A stretch of DNA of 50,598 nt, taken from NCBI GenBank assembly GCA_000388065.2, contig KB932204.1; one strand, given 5' to 3'. Positions 49,300-50,598 of this stretch are shown in pieces (the first letter of the stretch is position 1; every line of letters starts with the position of its first letter). The stretch is from Fonticula alba ATCC 38817 (taxonomy: Eukaryota > Protista > Nucleariida). Position numbers and translations under genes: made by a program. The notes beneath the pieces were generated by a model, which saw only the letters and a list, made by a program, of their open reading frames with translations, made no database searches and was not told the origin of the DNA.

Positions 49300-49581
49300 C
49301 TTGTGCCCATACGCGCGGCCGGGAGCACGCTGCCTTCCCCGGGGCTCGCGAGCACGCTGCGAGGGCCCCGCAACGTATCCAGGGAACGGCCATTGATCTA
49401 ATTATGGCCTCTCCCCGCCCCCGCCCCCGTCCCCCCCGGTGAGGCCCCCATCGTCTCGGGAAGCCGGCCCGGGCGAGTGCCGATGACTGACGGACGCGGC
49501 GGGCCCCGGAGGAGAGCCGGCTCCCGGTTGGCTGGTTGTTGGTCCTTTCCCTGTATCTCGTCCCTGCCCCTGCCTGGGAAG

Positions 49582-50591
49582 GGTGTGTATTAACACCCGA
49601 GCTTGGAGCCCCCTCCTCGGAATGCGGTGCATGCTCGGGGTGTGGGAAATTCATCGCTCTCAGGTGTGACCATTCTCCCGGATGCTATGCTCTCCTCCCT
49701 CTTGCTCGAGTGAAGCAGCTTGCCGGCGGCGGGCCATGTAGGGGAGCCTCCCTTGCGCTGGGGGGCCGGTCGGGCGAGAGCGGATCAAGAGCGCCCGGAT
49801 GCGTGGCAGGCCCGGCCGCGCGTCCTGGGGCGGCATGAAGGACGATGACATGGCCCGTCCCCCCCCCCCCCCCCCCCGCCCCCTGCCCTGCTGCCGGCCC
49901 TCCCGGCCCTGGCTTCCTAGCGTCCCTTCGCGTGCCGCCGCCCCCTCCCCGCCCCCGGGGGGAGCGAGGTCGGGGAAGTTTGTTGCGCGCCCCGAGAGCG
50001 TCGTCGGTGCGCCGCGTCTGCGCGGACCGAAATGGCCCCCCCGGGGGGGGGGTGATCCCCTTGGCAGGCCGCGGCCGGGGCAAGTTGAGCCGCACTGGCG
50101 GCCCACTGTGCATGCACCCTTTCGCCGGCCGCGGGCCGGTGCACAAAGGCCGGGCGGTGAGAGCCGGAGCCGCGGGGGGGGGGGGGGGAATGTTCACGAG
50201 CCCGCCGGGGCGAGGCGGCATCCTGGGCGCCGGCGCCATGCAAGTGGCCCGGCTCCATTCCGAAATTCGCCCGCCGTCTCCGGCCGGGGGGCAGGACCCG
50301 TGTGCGGGGACGACCACAGCGGTAGTGTTGTGCGCGGGTATGCACGGTCGGCTGGCGGGCATGTGTAACTGACACGCCCGGGGGCCGGCCCATGCGCCGC
50401 CGGGGCACACTTTGTGCGGGCTTCCCAGGACCCGGAGACGTGAAGATTGGCGCCGGGCAGGGGGCGGGCGGAGCGGGCAGCAGTCTGGACACGAGGGGGG
50501 CGGTGGCGGCGCGGCGGTGGCGGCGCAGTCTCTGCCTCCCGGGCCGGATACCGTCCGGGGACGCGCCGGGCAGGGGGTGTTTATTAACACC
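49582..50591. promoter_or_regulatory. Two copies of a near-palindromic motif GGTGT(G/T)TATTAACACC upstream of the MAPK gene
   Basis: 49582-49597 and 50576-50591 share 15/16 identity. They are AT-rich within a GC-rich context. Confidence 0.3.
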
Positions 50592-50598
50592 ACCTTGC

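Overview
GC-rich, intron-containing eukaryotic draft scaffold with about 14 N-gaps, mostly flanked by poly-G/C tracts. Short GT-AG introns with CTRAC branch points and the gene content suggest a unicellular opisthokont. A Fonticula-like holomycotan amoeba is my inference, not verified. Ten protein-coding genes were reconstructed by manual splicing: THOC7-like (-, 3' partial), CCT3 (+), tyrosine aminotransferase (-), a ~2,919-aa TM-SMP-START-START-GOLD-GOLD protein (+), TRAPPC9/Trs120 (+), cyclophilin B (+), WW-MyTH4-RhoGAP/ARHGAP39-like (+), aldo-keto reductase (-), an intronless NlpC/P60-like protein (+) and a Slt2/Mpk1-type TEY MAPK (-). Best leads: (1) the giant membrane-anchored multi-module lipid-transfer protein, whose architecture I do not recognise; (2) the bacterial-type NlpC/P60 protein apparently lacking its catalytic Cys; (3) a Trp/Phe-rich uORF (MAAVTSAWAWAF*) upstream of the aromatic aminotransferase. 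Assembly artefacts include an Illumina adapter at 44205-44223 and duplications across gaps. No tRNA, rRNA, CRISPR array or mobile element could be supported. All family assignments are by-eye motif recognition; no searches were run.
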